Position numbers and translations under genes: made by a program. Below, piece after piece: positions 9,236-21,698 of a DNA stretch of 34,694 nt. Numbering within the stretch: the first letter of the stretch is position 1; each line of letters opens with the position of its first letter. Under the pieces are notes generated by a model. The model saw nothing but the letters and a program-made list of their open reading frames with translations, was not told the DNA's origin and did not search any database. Source of the stretch: a virus (lineage: Duplodnaviria; Heunggongvirae; Uroviricota; Caudoviricetes); IMG/VR virus record IMGVR_UViG_2534682325_000013. One strand, 5' to 3'.

Positions 9236-9662
9236 AAGTACAATAATGATTCCTGTGGCTATATAGATGTTTTTGTAATTAGTCCTTAAGATAAAATTTC
9301 TCTATTTATCCAAGAAACAGACTTCATTAGGAAGAGTCGTAAAAACATTAACAACTACCGCCGTGTAATTAAATTATTTTTTAGAATGTTCTGATTGAGA
9401 AAAACAACGCCATACACATCAAAAGATATAGAAATGTAAATTTAGATTTATTAATCTTTTGAGTTACAACCTAAACTTTCCGTTAATCACCAAGATATCA
9501 ACAGATTATACTCACTGAGTACACATTTTTACAATTGCTATTTCTCACATTAAGATGCGCATACCAATCTCTTATTTGACACTTTCTTATTTGTTACTAG
9601 AGTTAATTGGGTGCTGACAAGGCACATGTTATTTACAATTTGAAAATCAGAGGAGAAATGAT

Positions 9663-9845
9663 ATGACCGAACATCGTGGCGGTGCAGGTAATTTCGCTGA
9701 AGATCGACAAAAAGCTTCTGACGCTGGTCGTAAAGGCGGCCAACATAGTGGCGGTAATTTTAAAAACGATCCACAAAGAGCATCAGAAGCAGGGAAAAAA
9801 GGTGGTCAGAATAGCCATGGTGGCGGCCGTAAATCTGACTCTTAA
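9663..9845 (+). CDS. yciG: YciG-like general stress protein with KGG repeats
   Basis: 60 aa, MTEHRGGAGNFAEDRQKASDAGRKGGQHSGGNFKNDPQRASEAGKKGGQNSHGGGRKSDS; close to E. coli YciG as I recall it. Good SD (agaggag) 7 nt upstream. First gene of a four-gene same-strand cluster. Confidence 0.85.
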   Translation: MTEHRGGAGNFAEDRQKASDAGRKGGQHSGGNFKNDPQRASEAGKKGGQNSHGGGRKSDS

Positions 9846-9882
9846 TTTATCACCCCCTACATTCGTGAATAACTGAAGCTAA

Positions 9883-9904
9883 CTGCGAGCCTACGGGCTC
9901 GCAG
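9883..9904 (+). other. Perfect 9-bp stem / 4-nt loop hairpin between yciG-like and yciF-like genes
   Basis: ctgcgagcc tacg ggctcgcag. No U-tract follows, so not a canonical intrinsic terminator; possible RNA processing or stability element. Confidence 0.5.
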
Positions 9905-9923
9905 TGAAAACTCTGGAGTGATT

Positions 9924-10424
9924 ATGCAAATTAAATCTGTTGAAGATATCTTCATCCACTTATTATCGGATACATACAGCGCTGAGAAACAACTAACAAA
10001 GGCACTGTCTAAACTTAGTCGCTCTGCATATAGTGATAAATTAACCGCTGCTTTTCAGTCACATCTTGATGAGACACATGGTCAAATTGAACGCATCGAT
10101 CAGGTTGTTGATTCTGAAGATGGTCTTAAATTGAAAAGAATTAAGTGTGCCGCAATGGAAGGACTTATCGAAGAGGCGAATGAGGTAATTGAAAGCACTG
10201 ATAAAAATGAAGTACGTGATGCTGCATTGATTGCTGCAGCACAAAAAGTAGAGCACTATGAAATTGCCAGTTATGGCACTTTGGTAACACTCGCTGAGCA
10301 ATTAGGATATAAAAAAGCGGCTAAACTCCTGAAAGAAACACTGGAAGAGGAAAAAGCTACTGATGTCAAATTAACAGACCTGGCATTTAATAACGTTAAT
10401 AAAAAAGCTCAGGATAACTCCTGA
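9924..10424 (+). CDS. yciF: YciF-like protein (DUF892, ferritin-like four-helix bundle)
   Basis: 166 aa from the ATG at 9924 (SD ggag 7 nt upstream; track ORF starts 2 codons earlier at a GTG). Sequence IKSVEDIFIHLLSDTYSAEKQLTKAL... resembles E. coli YciF. Confidence 0.85.
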   Translation: MQIKSVEDIFIHLLSDTYSAEKQLTKALSKLSRSAYSDKLTAAFQSHLDETHGQIERIDQVVDSEDGLKLKRIKCAAMEGLIEEANEVIESTDKNEVRDAALIAAAQKVEHYEIASYGTLVTLAEQLGYKKAAKLLKETLEEEKATDVKLTDLAFNNVNKKAQDNS

Positions 10425-10460
10425 ACTATAGACTTCAATTTCTTTTAGGATAAACAGATT

Positions 10461-10967
10461 ATGAATAGAATTGAACATTACCATGACTGGCTTCGTGATG
10501 CACATGCGATGGAAAAACAAGCTGAAAAAATGCTTGAGTCTATGGCCAGCCGGATAGAAAACTATCCTGAGTTACGTTCCAGAATTGAGCAGCACATTAG
10601 CGAAACAAAGAACCAGCTTTCACAGCTTGAAAGCATACTTGATCGTAATAATATTTCGCGCTCTGTCATTAAAGACTCTATGAGTAAAATGGCCGCGTTT
10701 GGACAATCCATTGGTGGAATTTTTCCATCTGATGAAATTGTCAAAGGTTCGATCAGTGGCTATGTGTTCGAACAATTTGAAATTGCGTGTTACACATCTC
10801 TTCTCGCAGCAGCCAAAAATGCGGGTGATACAGCTTCAGTACCCATTATTGAAGCAATTCTTAATGAAGAAAAACAAATGGCTGAATGGCTTCTTAACCA
10901 TATTCCTGACACCACTGAGCAATTCATGGTCAGATCTGAAATTGATGGAGTTGAAGCCAAAAAATAA
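10461..10967 (+). CDS. yciE: YciE-like protein (DUF892, ferritin-like)
   Basis: 168 aa, MNRIEHYHDWLRDAHAMEKQAEKMLESMASRIENYPEL...; paralogous to the preceding gene; 36-nt spacing. Confidence 0.85.
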   Translation: MNRIEHYHDWLRDAHAMEKQAEKMLESMASRIENYPELRSRIEQHISETKNQLSQLESILDRNNISRSVIKDSMSKMAAFGQSIGGIFPSDEIVKGSISGYVFEQFEIACYTSLLAAAKNAGDTASVPIIEAILNEEKQMAEWLLNHIPDTTEQFMVRSEIDGVEAKK

Positions 10968-10985
10968 TTCTTTTGAGGAGGCATT

Positions 10986-11876
10986 ATGTTTAGACACGTG
11001 AAAAAACTTCAATATACAGTACGTGTAAGTGAGCCAAACCCAGGCTTGGCTAATCTACTCTTAGAACAATTCGGTGGGCCACAGGGTGAGCTTGCAGCAG
11101 CATGCCGATACTTCACTCAAGGCTTAAGTGATGAAGATGCAGGCCGAAGGGATATGCTGATGGACATAGCAACAGAAGAACTAAGTCATCTCGAAATTAT
11201 TGGTTCTCTTGTTGGTATGCTCAACAAAGGTGCAAAAGGAGCACTTGCTGAAGGAACTGAGAATGAAGCTGAGCTTTACCGTTCCTTAACTCAAAATGGC
11301 AATGATAGCCATATAACTTCTCTCCTCTACGGAGGAGGCCCAGCATTAACTAATTCAGCTGGAGTACCCTGGACTGCAGCTTATGTTGATACTATTGGCG
11401 AAGTCACGGCCGATCTTCGTTCAAATATTGCAGCTGAAGCTCGGGCAAAGATCATTTACGAACGTCTCATTAATGTTACTGATGATCCTGGAGTAAAAGA
11501 CACTCTGGCATTTTTAATGACCCGGGAAGCAGCACACATGCTTTCATTTGAAAAAGCATTACATTCAATTCGTAACACCTTTCCACCAGGAAAATTACCA
11601 CCACTTGAGAAATACAAAAACGTATATTACAACATGTCAGAAGGTGAAGACGTCAGAGGTAGTTGGAACAGTGATGAAAACTTTGACTATGTTTCCGATC
11701 CAGTTTCAGCGGTTGACGGTGGGGATGGGAAGGCCTCGATAAATCTTTCGACCAAGCAAGAAGCCATGATAAAAGCTATGGCAACAAGGTTGAAATCCCA
11801 TGAAGACATCAATCCTGTCACTGGCGCTGAGCTTGCTGAAGGAGAACCACAAACAAAGATAAATAGTAAAAACTAA
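10986..11876 (+). CDS. katN: Manganese-containing (non-haem) catalase, KatN-like
   Basis: 296 aa. N-terminal four-helix-bundle region with conserved Glu/His metal ligands (EELSHLE, REAAHMLSFE), typical of the Mn-catalase family. Strong SD (gaggagg); 18 nt after the yciE-like gene. Confidence 0.8.
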   Translation: MFRHVKKLQYTVRVSEPNPGLANLLLEQFGGPQGELAAACRYFTQGLSDEDAGRRDMLMDIATEELSHLEIIGSLVGMLNKGAKGALAEGTENEAELYRSLTQNGNDSHITSLLYGGGPALTNSAGVPWTAAYVDTIGEVTADLRSNIAAEARAKIIYERLINVTDDPGVKDTLAFLMTREAAHMLSFEKALHSIRNTFPPGKLPPLEKYKNVYYNMSEGEDVRGSWNSDENFDYVSDPVSAVDGGDGKASINLSTKQEAMIKAMATRLKSHEDINPVTGAELAEGEPQTKINSKN

Positions 11877-11963
11877 TTATCTTCTGGTATTTAGCTATCC
11901 CTCATAAGTTAATTGCCGCTGAGATATCCTAAGCTCTAGCCTCTGAAAATACATTTATATTTC

Positions 11964-11997
11964 GAAGCCCGCGATATTTTAAGCGGGCTTTTATTTT
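11964..11997. terminator. Hairpin terminator between convergent katN-like (+) and tfa (-) genes, possibly bidirectional
   Basis: aagcccgc / gcgggctt stem with ~10-nt loop, followed by ttatttt on the plus strand; A/T-rich on the other side too. Confidence 0.55.
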
Positions 11998-12577
11998 AAA
12001 CTTCAGGTATTACAGGCCACTCAATATCAGGTGCAGTTGATGTATCAACACGGTTCAGCAACACCCGATACTTTTTCCAGGCTTCCAGCAATGAGGTTTC
12101 TTCCTCCGTTGCGATTTCCAGATCTACAGCATCCTGAAGTGGCGCAATATGCTCACTGGCTACCTGCATCAGGCTGTTTTTTGTTTCTTCCGCCTCCCGG
12201 ATCCGGAACAGTTTTTCTGCTTCTGCATCTTTCACCCAGGCTGTGCCGTTCCACTTCTGAAACTCCCCTTCCGGCGATAACCAGGTAACATTTTCCGGTA
12301 ATGAGCCGAGTTCAGAAATAAATAACGCGTCGCCGGAAGCCACGTCATAAACCGTTTTACCCCGATGATCTTCAACGAGATGCCACGATGACTCATCACT
12401 GTTGAAAACAGCCACGAAGCCAGCCGGAATATCTGGCGGTGCAATATAGGTACTGTTTGCTGGCAGACCTGTATGAGGCGGAATATATGCGTCACCTTCA
12501 CCAATAAATTCATTAGTTCCGGTCAGCAGATTATAAATTTTTATGGTCCGTGGTTGTTCACTCATTCTGAATGCCAT
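11996..12577 (-). CDS. tfa: Tail fibre assembly protein Tfa
   Basis: 193 aa; start ATG overlaps the stf stop (TAATG). C-terminal motif [18 protein letters not shown]...[18 protein letters not shown] typical of lambda-like Tfa. Confidence 0.9.
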   Translation of the reverse strand: MAFRMSEQPRTIKIYNLLTGTNEFIGEGDAYIPPHTGLPANSTYIAPPDIPAGFVAVFNSDESSWHLVEDHRGKTVYDVASGDALFISELGSLPENVTWLSPEGEFQKWNGTAWVKDAEAEKLFRIREAEETKNSLMQVASEHIAPLQDAVDLEIATEEETSLLEAWKKYRVLLNRVDTSTAPDIEWPVIPEV

Positions 12578-15492
12578 TATGCAAGCCTCACAATGTAGTT
12601 AAATGCGATGTTTTTGACAGTGTTTTCCGCGTTACCCGCAGCGTTAACGGTGATGGTGTGTCCATGTGAGCCAATCGCAACAGAGTGCGTATGAGCACCA
12701 ATACCGACAGTATGTGCGTGAGCACCTGCAGATGCAGCTGTGCCGCTGACACTATGAGTGTGCGCTCCTGCAGCACTTGTATTCACACTGGCCGCAGACA
12801 CTACCTTATGTACTGACCCATTTTGTGACCACTGGCTGACTGCTGATGCGCCTGTGACACTATGAGTATGGTTTCCGGCACTTGCGGCTGTACCGCTCAC
12901 ACTGTGCGTGTGCGCCCCGGTGTTATTCGTGGATTTAGTGCCGTAATCAAACGACGATGTGGTTTTCGTCCCCAAATCCGTACTGGATGCGCTGGCGCTG
13001 TGGGTGTGCGATTTAATGCCGTCCTGTTCCTGAGACAATACGGCCCGACCACTGGCAGGTTTGCCCTTAATCGTCCAGCCACGCATATCAGGGATCACGC
13101 CTGACGGATAAGCGGCTGCAAGTTTCGGGTATGCAGATTTGTCAAAAGTCTGCCCCTGCATCAGGGCATAGCCAGACGGAACGGTATCTGATGGCCACGG
13201 GATTGGTGCGCCAGGCGGATAAAACTGCTCTGATGGCGTATAGAGTGAATAAACTGTACCGTCCGTTAACCCTTCCGGCTTATTAGCAGAATATGCTGGT
13301 GACGTATGAATCGTCACGCTGGCATTACTGGTATAATCCCATTGAATATTTACACCAGTCGCATAATTTCCGATTGCAACGTAAATATCGTAAGTATCAC
13401 CAGATGTATTGACCCAGGCAAAATTTGTAAACCCTGTCGATGTGCGCTGCCATAAAGCACCAGTAATCCCCTTCGGATTACCATTACCTGCACGCAAAAC
13501 AAGTTCAGATATACCTGCCTGTTGAGGTGACCCCACGTTAAATCCCGCGCCACCAATCAACGTAATTGAAACAACAGAACTCGCCTGTGGCATGGTTACC
13601 GTTGCTAATTTGAACCAACCAGCACCACCGCTGAATGACATTGTTGTTGAGTTAAGCGTACCAATATCTTTCGGCGTCAGTGTTATATCCGATGAAAGCG
13701 CCTTACCATTCACCTTACGGGCAGAAGGTACCCGACCATTCGCATTATCATTAGCTGCTTTCACTGCTTTCGGTGTCGCGGCAAGCGTTTCAGATGCGCT
13801 GTTGGTTGCACTACTGAGCTGGACAATTCCTTTTTGTGCTGTCGTAGCGTCCTGAGCAGTATATTTCCCGTTAGCAAGGTCATAGGCTGCCTTTACCGAC
13901 TTTGGCGTTGCCGCCAGCATTTCAGATGTGCTGTTGGTCGCGTTGCTAAGCTGAACTATCCCTTTCTGTGCTGTCGTTGCATCCTGTGCGGTGTATTTCC
14001 CGTTAGCCAGCTCATACGCGGCCTTAACGGCTTTTGGCGTTGCCGCCAGTGACTCGGAAGTGCTGTTAGTCGCACTGCTGAGCTGTACTATCCCCTTTTT
14101 CGTCGTGCTCGCATCCTCAAGCGCCACGGCGGATGCAATATCCTCTGCCCGTTTTGCCGCTGTCTCAGCGCGCGTTGCTGCAGATTCCGCCGTACTTTTG
14201 CTCTGAGCTGCTGCCGTCGCACTACCAGCTGCCTCTGTCGCCTTCGTGGATGCCGTCGTGGCGCTGCTCTTCGCTGCTGACGCTTGTCTGGTCGCCTCAT
14301 CTTTTGAAGCAGACGCAGATGATGCCGATGACGCCGCCGAACTGGCTGACGATGCGGCAGCCGTTTTTGAGGATTCTGCGCTGGTTTCCGACGCTTTCGC
14401 GTTCGTTTCGGATGTCTTCGCTGCGGAAGCAGAACTCGCTGCTGCGCTGGCCTGTTCAGTGGCTTCGCCAGCCTTCGTTGTGGCTGTTGAAGCAGACGAT
14501 GCGGCACTTTCTGCCGATTTTCCGGCGGCGGTGGCACTGGCTGAGGCCTGCCCGGCACTTGTTGACGCGGCACTGGCAGATAATGCAGCCGCTGTTTTTG
14601 AGCCTGCTGCTGCGGAGGCACTCTGTTCTGCTGCCGTTTCAGAGGACTTAGCGTTTGTCTCAGACGTTTTGGCCGCCTTCGCGGAATTGCCTGCCGCCGT
14701 TGCCGAGGAGGCTGCACTACTGGCGCTCGAGGCTGCGCTCGTTTCTGATGATTTTGCCGCCTCTTTTGAAGCCGACGCATCCCTGGCTGAGGAGGCAGCT
14801 TCTGACGCTTTCGTGGTCGCGGTGGATGCAGAAGTGGCGGCTGATTGTTGTGACACTGCCGCATTCGTTTCTGACGTTTTCGCCGCACCGGCACTGGTAG
14901 CCGCCGCGCTTTTTGAGGACTCTGCAGCGGCAGCACTTTTTGATGCTTCAGTAGCCTTTGTTGATGCCGTTCCTGCGCTGGAAGACGCTGACTGAGCCGA
15001 CGACGCGGCCTGTCCGGCTGACGTGCTGGCTGCGCGTGCTGAGTCCGCAGCATCAGTCGCATGGGTTGCCGCCTCACGGGCTGATGTGCTGGCATCGCTG
15101 GCTGACTTCTTCGCGGCTGCCGTGTTCTGTGCCACCGCGGACGCGTTACGCGCCACCTCTTCCACCATCAGCTCAAAACGGCGCAGTGCCTCCGGACGGA
15201 CATCATCCTCAGTCATGGCACCAAGAAAATCATTCAGCGTACCGGGTTGAGAATCTTCATACACGGTGATGGTCCCGGCATGTGACGGCGGGAACCCTTC
15301 CACCAACAGAATAACGCTGTACTGACCGTACTCAACGTCCATGCTGTAACGACCGGCTTCATCCGGATTTTCAGAGGCCACCGTGTTCACCACCACCGTG
15401 GCGCTGTTACGTCTGGCTTTCAGTTGAATGGTGCAGTTCTCTACCGGTTTTCCTGTGCCGTCTTTCAGTACACCTGAAATCTTTACTGCCAT
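12577..15492 (-). CDS. stf: Side tail fibre protein Stf, long form with Ala/Ser-rich spacer, three tandem ~42-aa repeats and C-terminal His-x-His repeats
   Basis: N-terminus [26 protein letters not shown]... is lambda Stf-like. Likely start ATG at 15492 (971 aa); the track ORF starts 2 codons upstream at a GTG. C-terminal [15 protein letters not shown] repeats resemble metal-binding His boxes of tail-fibre tips. Confidence 0.9.
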   Translation of the reverse strand: MAVKISGVLKDGTGKPVENCTIQLKARRNSATVVVNTVASENPDEAGRYSMDVEYGQYSVILLVEGFPPSHAGTITVYEDSQPGTLNDFLGAMTEDDVRPEALRRFELMVEEVARNASAVAQNTAAAKKSASDASTSAREAATHATDAADSARAASTSAGQAASSAQSASSSAGTASTKATEASKSAAAAESSKSAAATSAGAAKTSETNAAVSQQSAATSASTATTKASEAASSARDASASKEAAKSSETSAASSASSAASSATAAGNSAKAAKTSETNAKSSETAAEQSASAAAGSKTAAALSASAASTSAGQASASATAAGKSAESAASSASTATTKAGEATEQASAAASSASAAKTSETNAKASETSAESSKTAAASSASSAASSASSASASKDEATRQASAAKSSATTASTKATEAAGSATAAAQSKSTAESAATRAETAAKRAEDIASAVALEDASTTKKGIVQLSSATNSTSESLAATPKAVKAAYELANGKYTAQDATTAQKGIVQLSNATNSTSEMLAATPKSVKAAYDLANGKYTAQDATTAQKGIVQLSSATNSASETLAATPKAVKAANDNANGRVPSARKVNGKALSSDITLTPKDIGTLNSTTMSFSGGAGWFKLATVTMPQASSVVSITLIGGAGFNVGSPQQAGISELVLRAGNGNPKGITGALWQRTSTGFTNFAWVNTSGDTYDIYVAIGNYATGVNIQWDYTSNASVTIHTSPAYSANKPEGLTDGTVYSLYTPSEQFYPPGAPIPWPSDTVPSGYALMQGQTFDKSAYPKLAAAYPSGVIPDMRGWTIKGKPASGRAVLSQEQDGIKSHTHSASASSTDLGTKTTSSFDYGTKSTNNTGAHTHSVSGTAASAGNHTHSVTGASAVSQWSQNGSVHKVVSAASVNTSAAGAHTHSVSGTAASAGAHAHTVGIGAHTHSVAIGSHGHTITVNAAGNAENTVKNIAFNYIVRLA
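13732..14112 (-). repeat. Three tandem ~126-nt coding repeats in stf ([41 protein letters not shown])
   Basis: Near-identical nucleotide units visible in the sequence, e.g. gtatttcccgttagc...ggctgcctttac recurring three times. Confidence 0.8.
14121..15141 (-). repeat. Low-complexity Ala/Ser/Thr-rich coding region inside stf (aa ~120-460)
   Basis: Long runs such as [45 protein letters not shown]; source of multiple spurious overlapping ORFs in other frames. Confidence 0.8.
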
Positions 15493-15503
15493 ATTCACCC
15501 CAC

Positions 15504-15529
15504 AAAAAAGCCCGCCTGAACCGGCGGGC
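15504..15529 (-). terminator. Intrinsic terminator on the minus strand between lom and stf
   Basis: Minus-strand reading agcccgcc ggttca ggcgggc followed by tttttt. Confidence 0.65.
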
Positions 15530-15556
15530 TGTCATAACACTGTGTTACCTGGCTAA

Positions 15557-16156
15557 TCAGAACTTATAACCGACACCCACGATGAAACCGTCAGTGCGCC
15601 AGTCGCCACTGCCGGAGCCTTCATAAGCAATATCAATGGCCACGGATTCGGTCGGGTTAAACTGCACGCCAGCCCCCCACGCCAGAGACGTGTTGCTGTG
15701 GCGACCGTCATCACTTCCGGTCAGCACATCGTGCGTTTTCCCCTTGTTGTCAGTTACGCGAAGATAATCCCCGGAGAAAGTCGACACACGGCTGTAAGCC
15801 ACACCCGCCATCGCATACGCGCTGAACCATTCATTCACGCGCACAGACGGCCCCGCCATTACGCTGAACCAGCGGTTACGAACGGAATCTTCATGCCAGC
15901 GGGTATCGCTGTAACGGGTAAGCTGGCGATTCTTGTCTCCTGCATAGCTGAATGACGTCACCAGCCCCAGCGTATCCGTAAACTCATAACGGTATTTCAC
16001 GTTAATCCCGTTCAGATCATCACTGCCGGGAACGTTGGTCCGGGCATGAAGATACCCCGCGCTCAGCGTGGACTGATGTTCAGATGCCCATGCAGGCGCA
16101 CCGGATACGGCCAGACAAATGGCTGCGGACAAAATGGCGGCATAAAGTTTACGCAT
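15557..16156 (-). CDS. lom: Lom outer membrane protein (Ail/Lom family), with signal peptide
   Basis: 199 aa, [41 protein letters not shown]... ending ...FIVGVGYKF; matches lambda Lom as I recall it. Confidence 0.95.
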   Translation of the reverse strand: MRKLYAAILSAAICLAVSGAPAWASEHQSTLSAGYLHARTNVPGSDDLNGINVKYRYEFTDTLGLVTSFSYAGDKNRQLTRYSDTRWHEDSVRNRWFSVMAGPSVRVNEWFSAYAMAGVAYSRVSTFSGDYLRVTDNKGKTHDVLTGSDDGRHSNTSLAWGAGVQFNPTESVAIDIAYEGSGSGDWRTDGFIVGVGYKF

Positions 16157-16180
16157 AATTACCTCTCGCTTTTCTGCAAT

Positions 16181-16204
16181 AAAAAAGGCGTCATTTCTGA
16201 CGCC
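16181..16204 (-). terminator. Intrinsic terminator on the minus strand between J and lom
   Basis: Minus-strand reading ggcgtca gaaa tgacgcc followed by tttttt. Confidence 0.65.
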
Positions 16205-16222
16205 CGTTCTGGGTTATAAAAT

Positions 16223-19624
<3,402 letters not shown>

Positions 19625-19644
19625 TCATGCTCCATAAACGATAA

Positions 19645-19662
19645 AACCGCCCGGAGGCGGTT
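19645..19662 (-). other. GC-rich hairpin plus U-run in the 60-nt I-J spacer, just upstream of the J start
   Basis: Minus-strand reading aaccgcc tccg ggcggtt followed by ttatcgttt. Terminator-like, though inside the late operon. Confidence 0.4.
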
Positions 19663-19681
19663 TCACATAAAACATTTTGCA

Positions 19682-20353
19682 TCAGCGACCAATCACCACA
19701 ACCTGACCACCGTCCCCTTCGTCTGCCGTGCTGATCTCTTGAGAAACCACGCGTGACCCCACGCGCATTTCACCGTACAGAACCGGCAGAACATTGCCCT
19801 GGGCAACCATGTTATCCAGTGAGGAGAAATAGGTGTTCTGTTTGCCGTTATCCGTTGTCTGTGTACGGGGAGTTCTGGCTTTCGGTGCCAGCATCTGCGC
19901 CACACCACCGAGCACCATACTGGCACCGAGAGAAAACAGGATGCCGGTCATACCACCGGCCCCAATGGCTGCCCCCCATGCTGCAAGGGTGGCTCCGGCG
20001 GTAAAGAATGATCCGGCAATGGCGGCAGCCCCCAGGACAATCTGGAATACGCCACCTGACTTGGCCCCGGCGACTCTGGGAACAATATGAATCACAGCGC
20101 CATCAGGCAGAGTCTCATGTAACTGCGCCGTTAACCCGGACGTGCTGACGTCCCGCCCGGTAATCCGTACCTGATACCAGCCGTCGCTCAGCTTCTGACG
20201 AAACACCGGGAGCTGTGTGGCCAGTGCGCGGATGGCTTCAGCCCCCGTTTTCACACGAAGGTCGATGCGGCGGCCAAATCGTTGCAAATCCCCGTAAAGG
20301 CAGATGCGCGCCATGCCCGGTGACGCCAGAGGGAGTGTGTGCGTCGCTGCCAT
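19682..20353 (-). CDS. I: Tail assembly protein I
   Basis: 223 aa, MAATHTLPLASPGMARICLYGDLQRFGRRIDLRVKTGAEAIRALATQLP...; matches lambda gpI. Confidence 0.95.
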   Translation of the reverse strand: MAATHTLPLASPGMARICLYGDLQRFGRRIDLRVKTGAEAIRALATQLPVFRQKLSDGWYQVRITGRDVSTSGLTAQLHETLPDGAVIHIVPRVAGAKSGGVFQIVLGAAAIAGSFFTAGATLAAWGAAIGAGGMTGILFSLGASMVLGGVAQMLAPKARTPRTQTTDNGKQNTYFSSLDNMVAQGNVLPVLYGEMRVGSRVVSQEISTADEGDGGQVVVIGR

Positions 20354-20994
20354 TTGTCGGTATACCTCTCTCGTTTGCTCAGTTGTTCAGGAATATGGTG
20401 CAGCAGCTCGCCATCACCACAGTAAATGGCGGCATGATTCGGCACCGATGAACCAAAACAGCACAGCAGCACATCGCCCGGTTGTGCTGATGACAACGGC
20501 ACCTGATACAGCCCTGTGGCCTCCAGATTATCCAGATAGAGATTCTGACCGTGACGCCACCAGTCATCCTCGCGATGAAAATCCGGCATCTCAATCCCCG
20601 CCAGATGATAAGCATCCCGGAACAGCGTGTAACAGTCCGTCACCCCGTGCTCAAAGCGCCGCCCGGTGAGATGCGGCACACAGCGGAACTTATGAATCGT
20701 CCCCCGGCAGACCAGCCACCACGGCAAATCACTCTGCACCTGCAGCCGCCGGTCGGCCTCACTCAGCCAGGGCAGACCACCGGGGTGGCTGTGGACCAGC
20801 GCCACAATCTCACCCTGCATTTCTGCCTGCAGCCAGTCTTCCGGCGACATACGGAAATACGCCTCCGGCTCACCGGAGATATTCACGCAGGGGAAATATC
20901 TTTCCCCCTCCGGCGTGCTTACCACGAAGCCGCACGACTCCGCTGGCGCACATCGCCGGGCGTGCGCCAGAATCGCTGATTCTGTCTGTGTCAT
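20251..20994 (-). CDS. K: Tail assembly protein K (MPN/JAB plus NlpC/P60-like domains); 3' end overlaps I by ~100 nt
   Basis: 247-aa ORF starting 5 nt after the L stop, MTQTESAILAHARRCAPAESCGFVV... with HSHP motif and a Cys-His NlpC/P60-like region. Start is uncertain; the alternative internal Met (MSPEDW...) would give 199 aa. Confidence 0.85.
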   Translation of the reverse strand: MTQTESAILAHARRCAPAESCGFVVSTPEGERYFPCVNISGEPEAYFRMSPEDWLQAEMQGEIVALVHSHPGGLPWLSEADRRLQVQSDLPWWLVCRGTIHKFRCVPHLTGRRFEHGVTDCYTLFRDAYHLAGIEMPDFHREDDWWRHGQNLYLDNLEATGLYQVPLSSAQPGDVLLCCFGSSVPNHAAIYCGDGELLHHIPEQLSKRERYTDKWQRRTHSLWRHRAWRASAFTGICNDLAAASTFV

Positions 20995-20999
20995 GGGAT

Positions 21000-21698
21000 T
21001 TACTGCGAAAGTTTGTTAATGGAAAGGAAGCCGCCAAAGTTGCCGACGTTATTGCGGAACTTACAACCGCTCAGGCATTTGCTGCATTTATCCTTCGTGA
21101 TATCGGACGTTGGCTGGTCATATTCATCCGCGACCGCCGGACCGTGATAACCGCACTCATCGCCGCGATAGGTCCAGGTGCAGGTGTTGGCCAGCATGAT
21201 ACGTCCCGGAAAAACAGCGCCGTCCGTTTCCGTCGGCGTGGACAGTACAAAAGAGGCACTCACCGCGCTCAGTTCGCTGCACTGCTCAATGCGCCAGCGG
21301 CTGATCACCTCCTGCTCCGGATCGGCGTCACTGTTTCCGTTGACGAAGTTCACCGCATCCAGAAAACGGGCGTAAACCTTACGCCGGACCACCGTTCCGC
21401 CGACCAGACTCTGCAGATCTTCCGCCATCCCGGTGACCATACCGTACAGGTTAGAAACCGTCAGCGTGGGGCGCGTACTGGTGCCTTTGCCATTCAGTTC
21501 AAAACCACTCCCCTGAATGGGATACGGCTGATACTGTCGCCCCTGCCAGGTGACCGGCTCACCTTTTTCGTTCTGCTCATTACAGAAAAAATAACGTTCT
21601 CCACCGACCTCTGTCAGATCGATTTCCCAGAGCACCACGCTGGCCGACTGCTCCGCACGGGTGCATTCATTCAGTGTTTCCTGCCGGATATCCTGCAT
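21000..21698 (-). CDS. L: Tail tip assembly protein L
   Basis: 232 aa, MQDIRQETLNECTRAEQSASVVLWEIDLTEVGGERYFFCNEQNEKGEPVTWQGRQY... Confidence 0.95.
   Translation of the reverse strand: MQDIRQETLNECTRAEQSASVVLWEIDLTEVGGERYFFCNEQNEKGEPVTWQGRQYQPYPIQGSGFELNGKGTSTRPTLTVSNLYGMVTGMAEDLQSLVGGTVVRRKVYARFLDAVNFVNGNSDADPEQEVISRWRIEQCSELSAVSASFVLSTPTETDGAVFPGRIMLANTCTWTYRGDECGYHGPAVADEYDQPTSDITKDKCSKCLSGCKFRNNVGNFGGFLSINKLSQ

Noticed and set aside
9676-9876. 66-aa ORF overlapping the yciG-like gene in another frame
   Set aside because: The yciG-like frame has the SD and the recognisable KGG-repeat protein; the overlapping frame is incidental.
14088-15095. 335-aa Arg/Pro/Gln-rich ORF on the minus strand, plus several 70-250-aa plus-strand ORFs (for example 14246-14995) inside stf
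   Set aside because: They lie in alternative frames or antisense to the Ala/Ser-rich low-complexity part of stf. Their composition (poly-Arg, poly-Ala) is what a GCN-rich repeat gives in other frames, and they have no start context.
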